From: Ginglymostoma cirratum
Taxonomy: Eukaryota
Assembly (NCBI GenBank): GCA_024137785.1
Contig: JAHRHZ010000012.1
Span: forward strand, 64,009,344 to 64,073,343
Reading direction: 5' to 3'
DNA: 64,000 bases
This document shows positions 49,461 through 61,292 of the stretch, piece by piece. Within the stretch, counting starts at the first letter, position 1; every line of letters begins with the position of its first letter. A program made the translations under genes and the position numbers. Under the pieces are notes generated by a model. It was not told the DNA's origin. It saw only the letters and a program-made list of their open reading frames with translations, and searched no databases.

Positions 49461-49477
49461 TATAATGGGTAAATGAA

Positions 49478-50124
49478 CAACCTGGTTGCCACCCAGGTTG
49501 ATGGGGTTGTTAAGAAGGTGTACGGTGTGTTAGTTTTATTGGTAGGGGGATTGAGTTTTGGAGCCGTGAGGTCATGTTGCAGCTGCACAAAACTCTGGTG
49601 CAGCCCCACTTGGAATGTTGCGTACAGTTCTGGTCGCCACATTATAGGAAGGATGTGGAAGCATTGGAAAGGTTGCAGAGGAGATTTACCAAGATGTTGC
49701 CTGGTATGGAGGGAAGGCCTTAGGAAAGGCTGAGAGACTTGAGGCTGTTTTTGTTAGTGAGAAAAAGGTTGAGGTGACTTAATAGAGACATACAAGATGA
49801 TCAGAGGATTGGATAGGGTGGACTGAGAGCCATTTTCCTCGGTTGGTGACATCTAGCACGAGGGGACATAGCTTTAAATTGAGGGGTGATAGATATAGGA
49901 CAGATGTCAGAGGTAGATTCTTTACTCAGAGTAGTAAGGCGTGGAATGTCTTGCCTGCAGCAGTTGTAGACTCTCCAACTTTAAGGGCATTTAAATGGTT
50001 GTTGGATAAACATATGGATGATAATGGAATAGTGTAGGTTAGATGGGCTTCAGATTGGTTTCACAGGTTGGTGCAACATCGAGGGCCGAAGGGCCTGTAC
50101 TGTGCTGTAATGTTCTATGTTCTA
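49478..50124 (+). mobile_element. CR1 (HER1-like) 3' fragment in intron 9
   Basis: TRGHSFKLRGDRYRTDVRGRFFTQ; tail GGGCCGAAGGGCCTGTACTGTGCTGTAATGTTCTATGTTCTA. Confidence 0.88.
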
Positions 50125-51485
50125 ACTGCTAATTTGATAGGGGTGTTGCCATGGAGAATGCACCTGTTAATGCTGAGTGACAGGTAATAGCCAAGTTCTA
50201 AAAGTTTTAACCAGGCATGGTGACTCTGACTCTGGTCAGGGAATTGGCCTGAGAAATCACACCACCAAAGGACTTGCCAATTTTCAAGTTAAAACACATG
50301 TACTACAAGGGAAAAAAGTTATTTTCTGATTCAACATATTTTGGGACAATGTCCTGAACAGAGTCAGCCATCTTGGTTTAAAACTTAACCTGGCTCTTAA
50401 CTGTCAACCAGCATTAATGAATTACTGAACTATACTAAATTGGTAACTTACTAACCAACCGGCACTCCACTTGCAGTATAAATGCTAGCTTTCCTCTTGA
50501 ATTGATTCTTGCAATCTGTCCTGATGAGTAAGATGCAAACCCTCAAAAGTTTGTCTTTTAAGCAGTGTGAGTACTTTACCAAATAATTACTATACTTGTT
50601 TTTCAGTTGAAAGAGGGAATTTTCAAAACTCTCTTTAGACAAGTGGTCTTGCAGGCTCTTCCACTATTCCATATTAAGAACACTTCCTTGAAGGAAGGAT
50701 AGAGATAATATCAAACTGTTAGAAGTCATCTTTCAATGGAACAGAGTCCTTTTACTGTACTACTTATGCTGAAATCTTGGAGGCCAAACCATTACCATCC
50801 TGCTGGATAAGAACTTTTTCAAATGAGAAAATCAAATTTGGCATTTACTAGCTAACAATTCCAGTGGTCAAGAATAGAACTAAGTTACTCAATGTGACTG
50901 TTAAATGGGAGACTCTCCATTCCAACTACAAATTTTGTATTCTATGATTGGAAGTATGAAGGAACTCTTAATGAAAAGCAATATTTGACCAAGTAAAGGA
51001 CTAAGCAGCTGAACTGAATTATGATCTGCAAAAAGAAGTTAGTTCCAGAAGCTACAAATATTGTAAATGGGGTCCAAAGCCTGCTGAAAGATGATTTGAA
51101 TTGTTTGGGGTAAGCTTCTTCCTCCTTCCATATCTCAAATTGGTTGAGTAGTTGGCTAACTGACAAAATGACCAGTATTAGCTTCAAGTGACTTCTAACA
51201 CATTTTGCTGTAGTGTAAACTGGTCTAAATTTTTAGAAATGCTTTTTATTGTAGATTATCTGAATATACCATTGTTTAAAAGCTGTTTTTGTGCACACTG
51301 CTTTTTTAAACTATAAAAATCTAATCTGACTAGGACAGGAAGAATTTACACTTCACTTTGAAACTTTCTACCACAAGTGAAATGTGGGGGAAAATCTTCA
51401 TGCTCTTACACTTTACAATTTCAACTGAAATTGTAACTTGAATTTCTCTGATTAAAAACTTATTGCTTGTTCTGTTTTATTCCAG

Positions 51486-51581
51486 TGTTTGAGCGATACA
51501 CAAAATATAGTAGTCATGAGATTGACAAAGCCTTGGATCTTGAACTGAAAGGGGACATAGAAAATGCCCTCATATCTCTGG
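51486..51581 (+). CDS. ANXA1: Annexin exon 10 ([32 protein letters not shown])
   Basis: 96 nt, AG/GT. YTKYS.H and [10 protein letters not shown] match ANXA1. Confidence 0.96.
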
Positions 51582-52849
51582 GTATGTAAAAGATTTCTAA
51601 ACCTTTTTAATGTTCCACTTCTTTTGAACCTGTGAAAACCAATCCTTTTTTAGTGATAACCATTGGAGTTGGTCACTTGTTGATCTTAATTCTTGAATTT
51701 GAGAATGCTGGTGAACAGCATCATAGAACAAATGAATACTAATCTCTGGAGCTGAAAAGTCTGAGCTCCAGTTTTCTAGTAACAAAGACAAATAGGCATT
51801 AATTCAATCTGGATTTAAGACAAGAAATTGGCAGATATGTGGAGTTTCAAAACCATTGGACTTCCAAATGCTCGCTCTCTCATTACTGAAATCTGTCCAG
51901 GTTTGAAGATTCACTGTCACTTTTTCAATAGCATTTAGTCAATATGGTTGATTTTAATGTACAAATGTAAGTAGATTTTTGTATTCTTTCAGACTGAAAA
52001 GGTGATATTTGCATCAATCAATTAGAATAATTGGGCTTTCTTCCACAGATGAAGCAATGATTTTACTTGTACTCTTGTTGACTTAGTAACTGTTTTCAAT
52101 GCAATCTCCTGTTTGAAACTCAACAGCTCAGTGCAGTCTGTCTTCTGGGCATCTTGAGTCCAGATGACCGCATCAAATTGAACCGCTTCAGACAATGAGT
52201 TCTGTCCTCCTTTTTCTCCTAAGCACCAATCTTTTTTCCCTTTCAGGCTTGAGCTGTTCACTATTCTACCTGTAGTTTACTCTCAACACCTTTAACAATT
52301 ACCATTCCTTTTGCCTTTTTGTTGCATTGTGTATATTTGATGCATAATTGCTCTAGGTTACTTTCCTATTCCAGGACTTTACCTCCTTTCTTTAATAATC
52401 AAACCCACCAAATATCTACTTCAGTTGGAAGAATCCCATTCCTGTTTAATGTTAGTCCTGTTATGTTCAAATGCTGCCAGATGTGAATTTCCAGCATTCA
52501 GTGTCTTGCTTTTGTGTTTTTAGCTGCAGTGTTCATGCAATGCATTGAAAATAGTGCCTGTGATAGGGTAACACCCAGTTAAGAATCTGTAGCTGTAGGG
52601 GTTATCATATTTAAAACCTCAACACTTCACTTAAGCTCTTTGCCTCAAGTCCAAATAATTTGAATGATAATGGTATTGACATGTACATAAAGAATAAAAA
52701 CATGTGGCATCTTTGAGCAAGGGAGTACTAAATTCACTTGTGAACAGAAGTGCTCAAGGTCTACAATGTTGTCAACATGTAGGTAGGTTGTCTGTCATTT
52801 GAAGACCCAAGCTGTTCATACTTTGAATGGCAAAGTGGACTGATATATC

Positions 52850-53620
52850 CTGGCTGAACTGAATCCCTGCCTCCACTTTTCTGATTTGGTTAACCCATTA
52901 ACCCTTGATTTCTCTTGTTTTAAAATCTATTGTGTTAAATACTCAATGGCTCCACAGCTCACTAAATTCCAAACATTTACTACCCTTTGACAAATCCTCA
53001 GGCCATTGGTGACACCCATGGTCCTAGATGCTCCTGCAACAATAAACAACCTTTCTGCATCCTATGTCTTCTGAATATTGAAACATAGCCCCAGTCTCCT
53101 ATACTGATTTGTAAGGAATACAGGCTTAACATCTCAAGGAAAGTTCCTCCATACTTGGAATCTATGACTGAGCTTTCTTTAGACTAACTCAATTGCCAGT
53201 ATATCTTCCCTTGGATAAGGGGCCCAAAACTCTGGTGTTCCAGTTGTGGTCTGACTAGTCTTGTATAGTCTTGGCAAAACCTCCCCCTACTTTTGGTCTC
53301 TGATCCTAGTTTTTGTTTTAAAACAGGGAAAGCAAATGAAAGCCTTTATTTATCTGCTGAGCCAGAATGGTAGCATTCATTTTTTTTTTGTGCATGAGGA
53401 CCCTCCCAAATCCCTCTGAATTTTATGCAGTCTCTTCCTCCCCTCCACTGTCCCTGATTTTTAAATGCTATTCACTCTCTTGTTATGAATGTTGGTAGGA
53501 AGAACCTCACTTCCCCACACTTTCATCTGTTAGGCTTGCGCTCACTCTCTCAACCTGTCTATATAATCCCTCTGCAAACTCCTTTCATCCTCATATGCTA
53601 CCAGTTTGGCGTCTCTTCCT
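52850..53620 (-). mobile_element. Decayed CR1 fragment
   Basis: GGGGCCCAAAACTCT..CCAGTTGTGGTCTGACTAG is the reverse complement of LVRPQLE..(Q)FWAP. Confidence 0.55.
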
Positions 53621-55040
53621 TTTTGTCACACGTTTTAAAGACGCATTTCACTACATAGTGGTTGCCTAGCTACAGGAGTCCACCAATATCCATCCAAATC
53701 AAGGATTTTCCAACATCCATTCACTTTGAGGTGACTACAATTGGCACACAAGCAATACTTAATGGAGTGTGGCAGCAAGGAGTCTGAAAGTGCAATTCCT
53801 ATGACCTTCAAGTAATTGTCGGGTGACCAGAGGAAGGAGTATGGAGAACAAACAATGGACTGGCTACAGCTATAATTAGCACCAAGAAAGGTGGTAGTTA
53901 TTTGGACTATCACTGAACATGCAGGTGACCACCTTTAAGATAATGGCCTAGGCCCAACCATCTTCTAATGTATCACTCAGCTTGCCTCAATTATAATGGT
54001 CAGAAATGTGGATGTTCACTTATTTGCACACAGCTCATCATGACTCCTCAAACTGAACCAGTCAGTATCTAATCTCTTAAATCCTTGATGGCAATTCTGT
54101 TTGGATTGATTGTGGCAAGTGCCATTCATGCCACAGGTGCCAGGTAATCACTACTTTTTTTCAACAAGAGTATCCCATCATCTCTTTGATATTCGACAAA
54201 ATTACCACTGCATTTTTTTCCTGCACCATCCTGACTTGAAATCCTATCACTGTTCCTTCATTGACTGTGACGTGTCTTTTAGCTCAGTGATAATGCTAAG
54301 TGTATTTGCAAGAGGTGGAATGCGAACATTCATAACTGATCACCCTTAATTCCTACTTCCTGCCAAAAGATAAACAATGCTACCCTTACCAGCAATGGTC
54401 AGGAAGTTCAAGCCATCAGACTATTGTTTTCCCTTTATTGTTCTGTTGCAGTACAGGCTTCTGCCTCTGGGAGGTGTCTTGTCTGAAATGCTGGTGCAAC
54501 TAACAGACTGCATTCCTGATTCAAGTTCGACTCTTCACTATTGCTGCAGCACAAAGGGATTTTTAACATTTGGTTTCAACTAGTCATCTTAAAATATCTC
54601 TATGGCTAGCAGCCTGCTGGAAAATACTTTAGCAATTGGCAGCAAGTCAATGCTTTTTTTTCTATAACTGACTGCATTCTTTGTACTACTGTTCTCATCA
54701 TGAGACCATAATTTTAGACTTCAGTTGCTCTGTTTTCAGTTCTGTACCTTCACGTTGCCATGTAGCAACCAGACTTGAAAAATCTCCTCTCCCCTGGAGA
54801 AAGCAAAGCTTCTTCACATTTTCCCCTTGAACCCTTCCCAATTCACTTTTTTCTGCTGCAACCATTTTCTTCTCTAATGTTAGTGGAGTCTAACAAATAT
54901 GCCATCTATAGCACATTATAAAATGCATCATGTAACAGCCTTTCCTCCTCTTCGCCCCCCCCCCCCCCCAAAATGGATGAAACTATTGCATAGTTAAATT
55001 CACTGAAATTTTGACTCTGGTCACATTTTTCTTTTGACAG

Positions 55041-55099
55041 TGCGATGCCTTGGAAACAAACCAGACTACTTTGCTGAAAAGCTGTATAATTCCATGAAG
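55041..55099 (+). CDS. ANXA1: Annexin exon 11 (RCLGNKPDYFAEKLYNSMK)
   Basis: 59 nt, AG/GT. Confidence 0.96.
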
Positions 55100-56616
55100 G
55101 TAACTAGCAGTTTCTGCAGCTTGTCTCTGTCCCCCCACTGAGTACAAAAACGATGGAAAAAGGAAGCTATCACTATATCTAGTTATTGGATTAACTGGCA
55201 CATTAGCACAATTGGAAGCCACTACAATGAAAGGGTGCAGTAGCATCAAGTTCTCAGCTAAATGACAGCTCAAGTACAAAGATTTACAGAACACTGCTTG
55301 CTACACCAAAGTTTGTGAAGGTTGAAGACAGTAATAGACTAAGGACATGCCTTCCTTGAGCAGGGAAGGTACTGGTAGATGAAATTTAATGCAGGACAAT
55401 ATTAGTATGAATAACTAATAAAGTAGCAACCAGATGAATTCCCCTACCATCCTCTTTTCCCACCCAAGTGTCTATTTTAAAAGAAGCCAAATTAACTGGA
55501 CTTGTGTTAAAGGGTCAGATTATTAGTCACTAACAGGAGAATAATTAATAGAATGCAGCATCGAGATCAGAAATTTAAACTGGGGAGGAGCATCTTTAAA
55601 AAAGACACGTCTGTCTGTTTTCCATGACGACTAAATTGCAGAACATTACCATCCGACTTGATGGTAGCAACCACTGATGGACTTTAGTTTTAAAACTCTT
55701 TGGTTCCAAGTTAGCTGACAGGCTTTTAACTCATTATTTCCTTCAATGTTCACTTCACTGGTTTCCAGCACAGTTGGGAGAGTCTGCCTTTACTTCCATA
55801 TGGGAGTATCTAATGACAAGTCTCAAGCTGTGACCTTCACAGTGCATTAATCAGGCCACTGACAGGGTTAAACAATCATGTCTCCAGTTCAGGACATCAT
55901 TCTCAGGAAATGGCTTTCTGCTGAGATGTAGTCAGCACCTCACCATCTCTCAGCTAGAACATCGCTGGCTACTTTGCTTTGATTTGCATCTCTGCTTTTA
56001 AAAGGTTGTTTTGAAATTCTGTTGTGACTTTTGAAATGTTATATTCCAGAGTTTCTCTGATCAGTAGTAGACAAGTGCTGAATCTGCAGTTGTTTAGCTG
56101 TGTCCCTTCTCTGAATTGCATGTTTATTCAATGTGCCTAAATTTGGGGTTGTGCTCATAAGGATATATGCAAAACATGGTTATGCTGCAGAGAATTCGCT
56201 TTGTTTTCAAGGTGGCAACTGGCTAAGCAAGTGTATTGCATTCTATGGTTTAAATGCAGAAGCTACAGATTTTTAAACTAGTGCAAAGTACTTTGACCTT
56301 ACTTTCTAGTTTGATGCCAAGAATTAGACTTGTCTGTCTGGGGCCAAACAAATTGTGAAGGGCTTTGGGAGCATAATACTGACTTTTTAAAGAATGGAAT
56401 GTATAGGCATTTTTACAGACGTGAAGTTGGAGTGCCTTTTCTGGATTAGAAGGCAGACTTCACATTTCTTTAATGTGAAGGGTTTAAATTAAATTTGAGG
56501 GAAATAACTTTTTTGATTGAAAAGCTGCAAGTAGAAGGAATAGACTTGGTGACTAAAACATTTGAAGGTGAGATGTAGTTGTAACACTAGTACAAATCCA
56601 GACACCCAGGCAGATG

Positions 56617-56654
56617 CTCTTGACCTGCTGTGTTCATCCAGCCCCATGCTTGTT
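56617..56654 (+). mobile_element. 38-bp extreme 3' tip of the Penelope-like element with a 13-bp TSD
   Basis: CTTGACCTGCTGTGTTCATCCAGCCCCATGCTTGTT flanked by ACCCAGGCAGATG at 56604-56616 and 56655-56667. Confidence 0.75.
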
Positions 56655-56699
56655 ACCCAGGCAGATGATATGGGTTGAAATGCTACTGTGGCAGATGTC

Positions 56700-57545
56700 T
56701 TTTTTAAATTTAGACACCAAACTGGGTGGCAGTGTGCGCTGTGAGGAGGATGCTAAGAGATTGCAGGGTGACTTGGACAGAATGGCTGAGGGCAAATACT
56801 TTGCAAATGCAATATAATGTGGATAACTTTGTCTGACTGGTTTTTGTGACCAGATTATTATCTGGAAGCTCAGGGAAAGGTGAGCTGCAATGAGACAAGT
56901 GTCATTATGCAGCAAGCTGTGAAGAAAGCTAATGGCATGCTGGCCTTCATAGTGAGAGAATTTACTTATTGCAGTAAGGCAGTCTTGCTGTAGTTATACA
57001 GGGCCTTGGTGAGGCCACACCTTGAGTCTTGTCTCCAGGTTTGGCCTCCTAATCTGAGGAAGGACGTTCTTGCTATTGAGGGAGTCCAGCGACTGTTCAC
57101 CAGTCTGATTTTCCTGGGACGGCAGGACTGACATGAGGAAAAACTGGATTGACTGTTTGTATTCACTGGAATCTAGAATGAGGATCTTTGTAGAAACATA
57201 CAAAATCCTGATGGGACAGGACTGGGAACAATCTCTTCCTGCACTGAGCCAATGTTGAAGTCCAGAACAAGGGGTAAGCTATTCGGCACCAAGATGAGGA
57301 GGAATTTCTTCACTCAGTTTTGAACCTGTAGAATTCTTACCCATGGGAAGCTGTTGGGGCCAACTCATTAGATATATTCAAGAGGGAGCTGGATGCAGCC
57401 GTTATAGAGAAAGACCCCAAGAGGTATGGGGAGACAGTGGGAATGGGATACTGAGATGGCATAATCGGCCATGATTGTATTGAATGTTGGTGCAGGCTTG
57501 AAGGGCAGAACGGCCTACTCCTGCACCTGTTTTCTGTTTTTGTTT
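56700..57545 (+). mobile_element. CR1 3' fragment, followed by a SINE core/tail fragment (57550-57660)
   Basis: DTKLGGSVRCEEDAKRLQGDLDR, YRALVRPHLE, tail GAAGGGCAGAACGGCCTACTCCTGCACCTGTTTTCTG. Confidence 0.8.
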
Positions 57546-58121
57546 GTTACATGTGACTTCAGACCCACAGCAATGTGGTGGACTATTAATGGCCCTCAAT
57601 TGGTCTGGAGCAAACAGTGCATGGGCAAATGATAGCAATTCCCACATCACATGGGAAGAATAACATGGAAAACATCCTTCATTAGAATGTGGAATGATGG
57701 AGAAAGACCTGTGTTTTTGAAAGGGTTTGAATGTTTGAGGGGGATAAGAACATAATGAAGTTGAATGGCCATATCTGTGCTGTATCAGTTTAAGGTGTCA
57801 GTCAAGGGAAATGGTTGCCTTAAACAGGTGGACCAGACACTTCAAATGGTTGGTAAATTTCTAACGTGGAATGTGTGCATGGGTCTAACCAGCTGCTTTG
57901 CCTCACTTCAGTAAATCCCTGTTTTCATTTGCTTGAGGTAGCCCATACACTTTAAACTAAACTTGAATTCATTTAGCTTACTAGTCCAACACAATCACCT
58001 ATAGCGCTGTACTGTTGCAATGCCTTTCTTTAACTGAAACAGTTATTTTTAAAACTAATCCAGTCAGCTCAAGAGCTGTCTTTTTAAAAATGAGTTGTTA
58101 AACCACACTTTGCTTGAACAG

Positions 58122-58244
58122 GGCTGTGGTACAAGAGATAAAGTATTGATCAGAATTATGATTTCCCGCTCTGAAGTGGATATGAAGGACATCAAAGTGG
58201 CATACAAGGCTAAATATGGAACAACACTTTACAAAGCTATCAAG
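58122..58244 (+). CDS. ANXA1: Annexin exon 12 ([41 protein letters not shown])
   Basis: 123 nt, AG/GT. SRSE.D repeat 4 motif. Confidence 0.96.
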
Positions 58245-59301
58245 GTAAGATTGCACTTCAATTGTATTTCACAAAACTAATCCTGCTATTTTTTTGGGAT
58301 CATGCCCTACAACATTGCTTTTGTAGATCATAATCTAGCTTTATTTGGAAAGTGTTAATTTGACTATTTCTAGAGATGTTTCCTTTGATCCAAGTGGACA
58401 GTTGAGGTTTGTAAGTGAAGAAAAGTGAAGCCAGGAAATTATGAACCTGTTTAGCATGATGATTTGTAGGGATATAACTTGAATCCAAGATCAAACTTGT
58501 CTCAATTTTTCAACACTTGGGTTTTGGGCTTCTACTCTTTCCTTAAATTTAGTTGGAACTGTATCTCTTGAAGTAGATTTTGAATTTGGTGAGAATGATG
58601 TTTTTTTGTGCTGAGCTTAACATCATGAACTAGAATGCTCATCCCTAATGCAAAACAGTGGGGTGATTGCTAGCATTTGGATTGGCAACCACAATAAGCT
58701 GGCCTCAGGTTGGTTGGGGTAGGAGAAGGGAGGTGGAGAGGCAATTAAAGGTGTCGCTTCAAATTGAGCTTTTTTGTCAGAATCCATGACTTCCCTTTTG
58801 TGAAACATTTTTAATACTGTTTTCTTTCAAAGTATGATCTAATTGTATACTTTACCATTAATTGATGTAAAGATGACATTAGTCTTATGCATAAACAGGC
58901 TTTGGTCGGTTTTTAAACATATCCCATGCTCCAGTTTTGGTCTTAAGCTTTCTAGACATTTTTACTTTTGGCCATGCTTGGATGGTCTCAGTCAAGCAGA
59001 TTAGGCATCATTTAGTAAATTGACTCTTTTATAATCCAACAAAACAATTGAACACTACAACTCCAGAATTTTCAAATTGTTTCCAATAGTTAGTTTTTAA
59101 GTGAGTCTGGAGTGGATTTTTCAACTAAGATTAACGTATTGCAAGCATACTTGATGATTGCCTCTTCTGCACATTTTTGCCTGAACAATAGTAACCTGCT
59201 GGAATGCATTTCATTCCTGAATGAGTTAGAAAAATGTAAACTTGAGTTTAATATTCTTGTGCATGATGGTACTAACCTTGGTTTCCTTTCATTTCACACA
59301 G

Positions 59302-59361
59302 AATGACACCAAGGCAGACTATGAGAAAATCCTGCTGGCTCTATGTGGAAGTGATGAGTGA
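59302..59361 (+). CDS. ANXA1: Annexin exon 13, coding part (NDTKADYEKILLALCGSDE*)
   Basis: CAG acceptor, TGA at 59359-59361. Spliced CDS totals 1014 nt, 337 aa, with no internal stop. Confidence 0.96.
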   Translation, partial: NDTKADYEKILLALCGSDE

Positions 59362-59499
59362 TTTTTGGTGTGCGCTGACCAAATGTCTGTGGATACTCCT
59401 CTTTTGTCACGTTTAGTAACTGTGTAATGAAGCAAATTGTAAAGCTGCTAAGTCATGATGGAAATATTGACATAACATTGAATACCTTTTAATGGTACA

Positions 59500-59505
59500 A
59501 ATAAA
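59500..59505 (+). terminator. ANXA1: Polyadenylation signal AATAAA
   Basis: First AATAAA, ~140 nt after the stop codon. Confidence 0.7.
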
Positions 59506-59989
59506 AAGTTCTGAATTATCTTTCACCTAACAGATGAAAATGTAATCATTTGCTACCAAACAGGAGAAAATAATTGGAAATTAACTGGCCTTCATCTTGA
59601 AGTACTGAGTTGCACTGATGTCTCTCCTTGCTAACTTTTTTCCTTCAGGGTAGCTACAAGTTTCTCAATTTCTGATGTTTAGCTGTAAATTTTTAGGTTC
59701 TGGTGTCTACATAGGCTGCCAAACTTTGGTACCCATATAAACTAAATTACCAAATGGCTTCTGATCACTTTTGGTTAGCAAAAGCGTTGCAAACTAACCT
59801 ACAATGTCAATCTGTCTAATACTAATGTCACTTGATGCCACGACACTGATAGCAATAATGAGTGGAGAGTGGGTTGGAGAAACCATCAAATACGTGATGG
59901 AACAGACCTCTTTCCTCACTTACTACCATTCAGTTGGGTATGGGAAGGACAAAAGCTTCCCTCCCAAGGGGCAACTGTGCTGCAAGTGA

Positions 59990-60850
59990 TACTTAAAGAA
60001 AACAGAAACCAGAATAGGCCATTCAGCCCTTTGACCCTGTTCCACCACTTTGTATCGTCATTGCTGATCATCCACTTCAGTACCCTCTTCCCACTTTATT
60101 CCCATTGCATTTGATCCTTTTAGCCCTAAGCAGCATATAACTCCATCTTGCAAGCATTAATGTTTTTGCCCTTAACTGCTTTCTGTGGCAGGAAATTCCA
60201 ATGGCTCATCACTCTGCGTGAAGAGATTTTTTTACTCATCAATCCTAAATGGCCTGCCACATGTCCTGACATCTCTTTCTGGATGCTCCTACCATTTGGT
60301 AACATCCTGTTTACCCTGTCTAATCTTGTCTATTTAAAAAATCTAACTTGAGATTTTTCACCCCTCCCTCATCAACATTACCTTGATTGCACCCCCTCCA
60401 TATTCAAAAAGAACATCTATCCTTAGCTAAGGAGACAAATTGCCCACACTTCACATGTGGTCTCACCAAAGCCCTAAATAACTACAGCATGGCAACCCTC
60501 CCATCTTCACTATGAAGGCCAATGTACCACTTGCAGCCTTCACTGCCTGTTGCACCTGCCTACATGCTTTCAGTAACCAATATACAATGACACAATGTCT
60601 TGTTGCACTTTTTTCCCAACTATCATCATGCAGATAATCTGCCTGCTTTTTTTTTTGTTTTTTTGCTACCAAAGCAGAACCTCACATTTTATCTACACAT
60701 TTCATGTGCCCTGCATCTGCAGCTTGTCTAAATCACACTAAAACATCTTTGCATCCTCACTGAGCTTTGTCACCTGCAATCTGAAATGCCACTTTGCTTA
60801 TCCTTGTTTAAATCCTCATTGTTTGGATCCCAGCTATTATCAATGATCTT
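59990..60850 (-). mobile_element. Decayed CR1 3' fragment
   Basis: ATAGGCCATTCAGCCCT tail; minus frame gives QVQQAVKAASGTLAFI. Confidence 0.7.
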
Positions 60851-61049
60851 TCAGTACTCTACTAATCACTTGTTGTCACTTGAAAACCAAGCCTCCAGGG
60901 TTATGAAAATGGCAAGCCTGGCACAGTAGGTAGCGTTGGGGTTCCTGAGCTTGCACACCTTCCCCACCCCCCTCCCCAGACCAGTGGAATTTTTCTCTCC
61001 CTTTTTTATTTCACCTTTTTCCTTTATCTTTTGAGGCCGGGGCAGTGGC

Positions 61050-61292
61050 TGGAGTATTGGTATGGAGTGGGTCTCCTGGCAATGACAGCAGTGTCCAGAA
61101 CCAGGTCTTCTGGCAATGTCAGCAAAGTGGTAGCAGTAGTGGACTAAAACCCAAATGGGTTTTTCTGACCATTCTGTATGGAATTCCATTTTTCCCCATC
61201 TGCTGTGGCAGGATTCAAACATGGGTCCCCAGGACAATACTTGGGTCTCTGGATCAACAGCCTAGTCATAATATCACTAGGCATCAACTCCC
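61050..61292 (-). mobile_element. tRNA-derived SINE (27-365 family)
   Basis: Reverse complement of GCCTAGTGATATTATGACTAGGCT..ATCCAGAGACCCA..GTTTGAATCCTGCCACAGCAGATGG. Confidence 0.7.
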
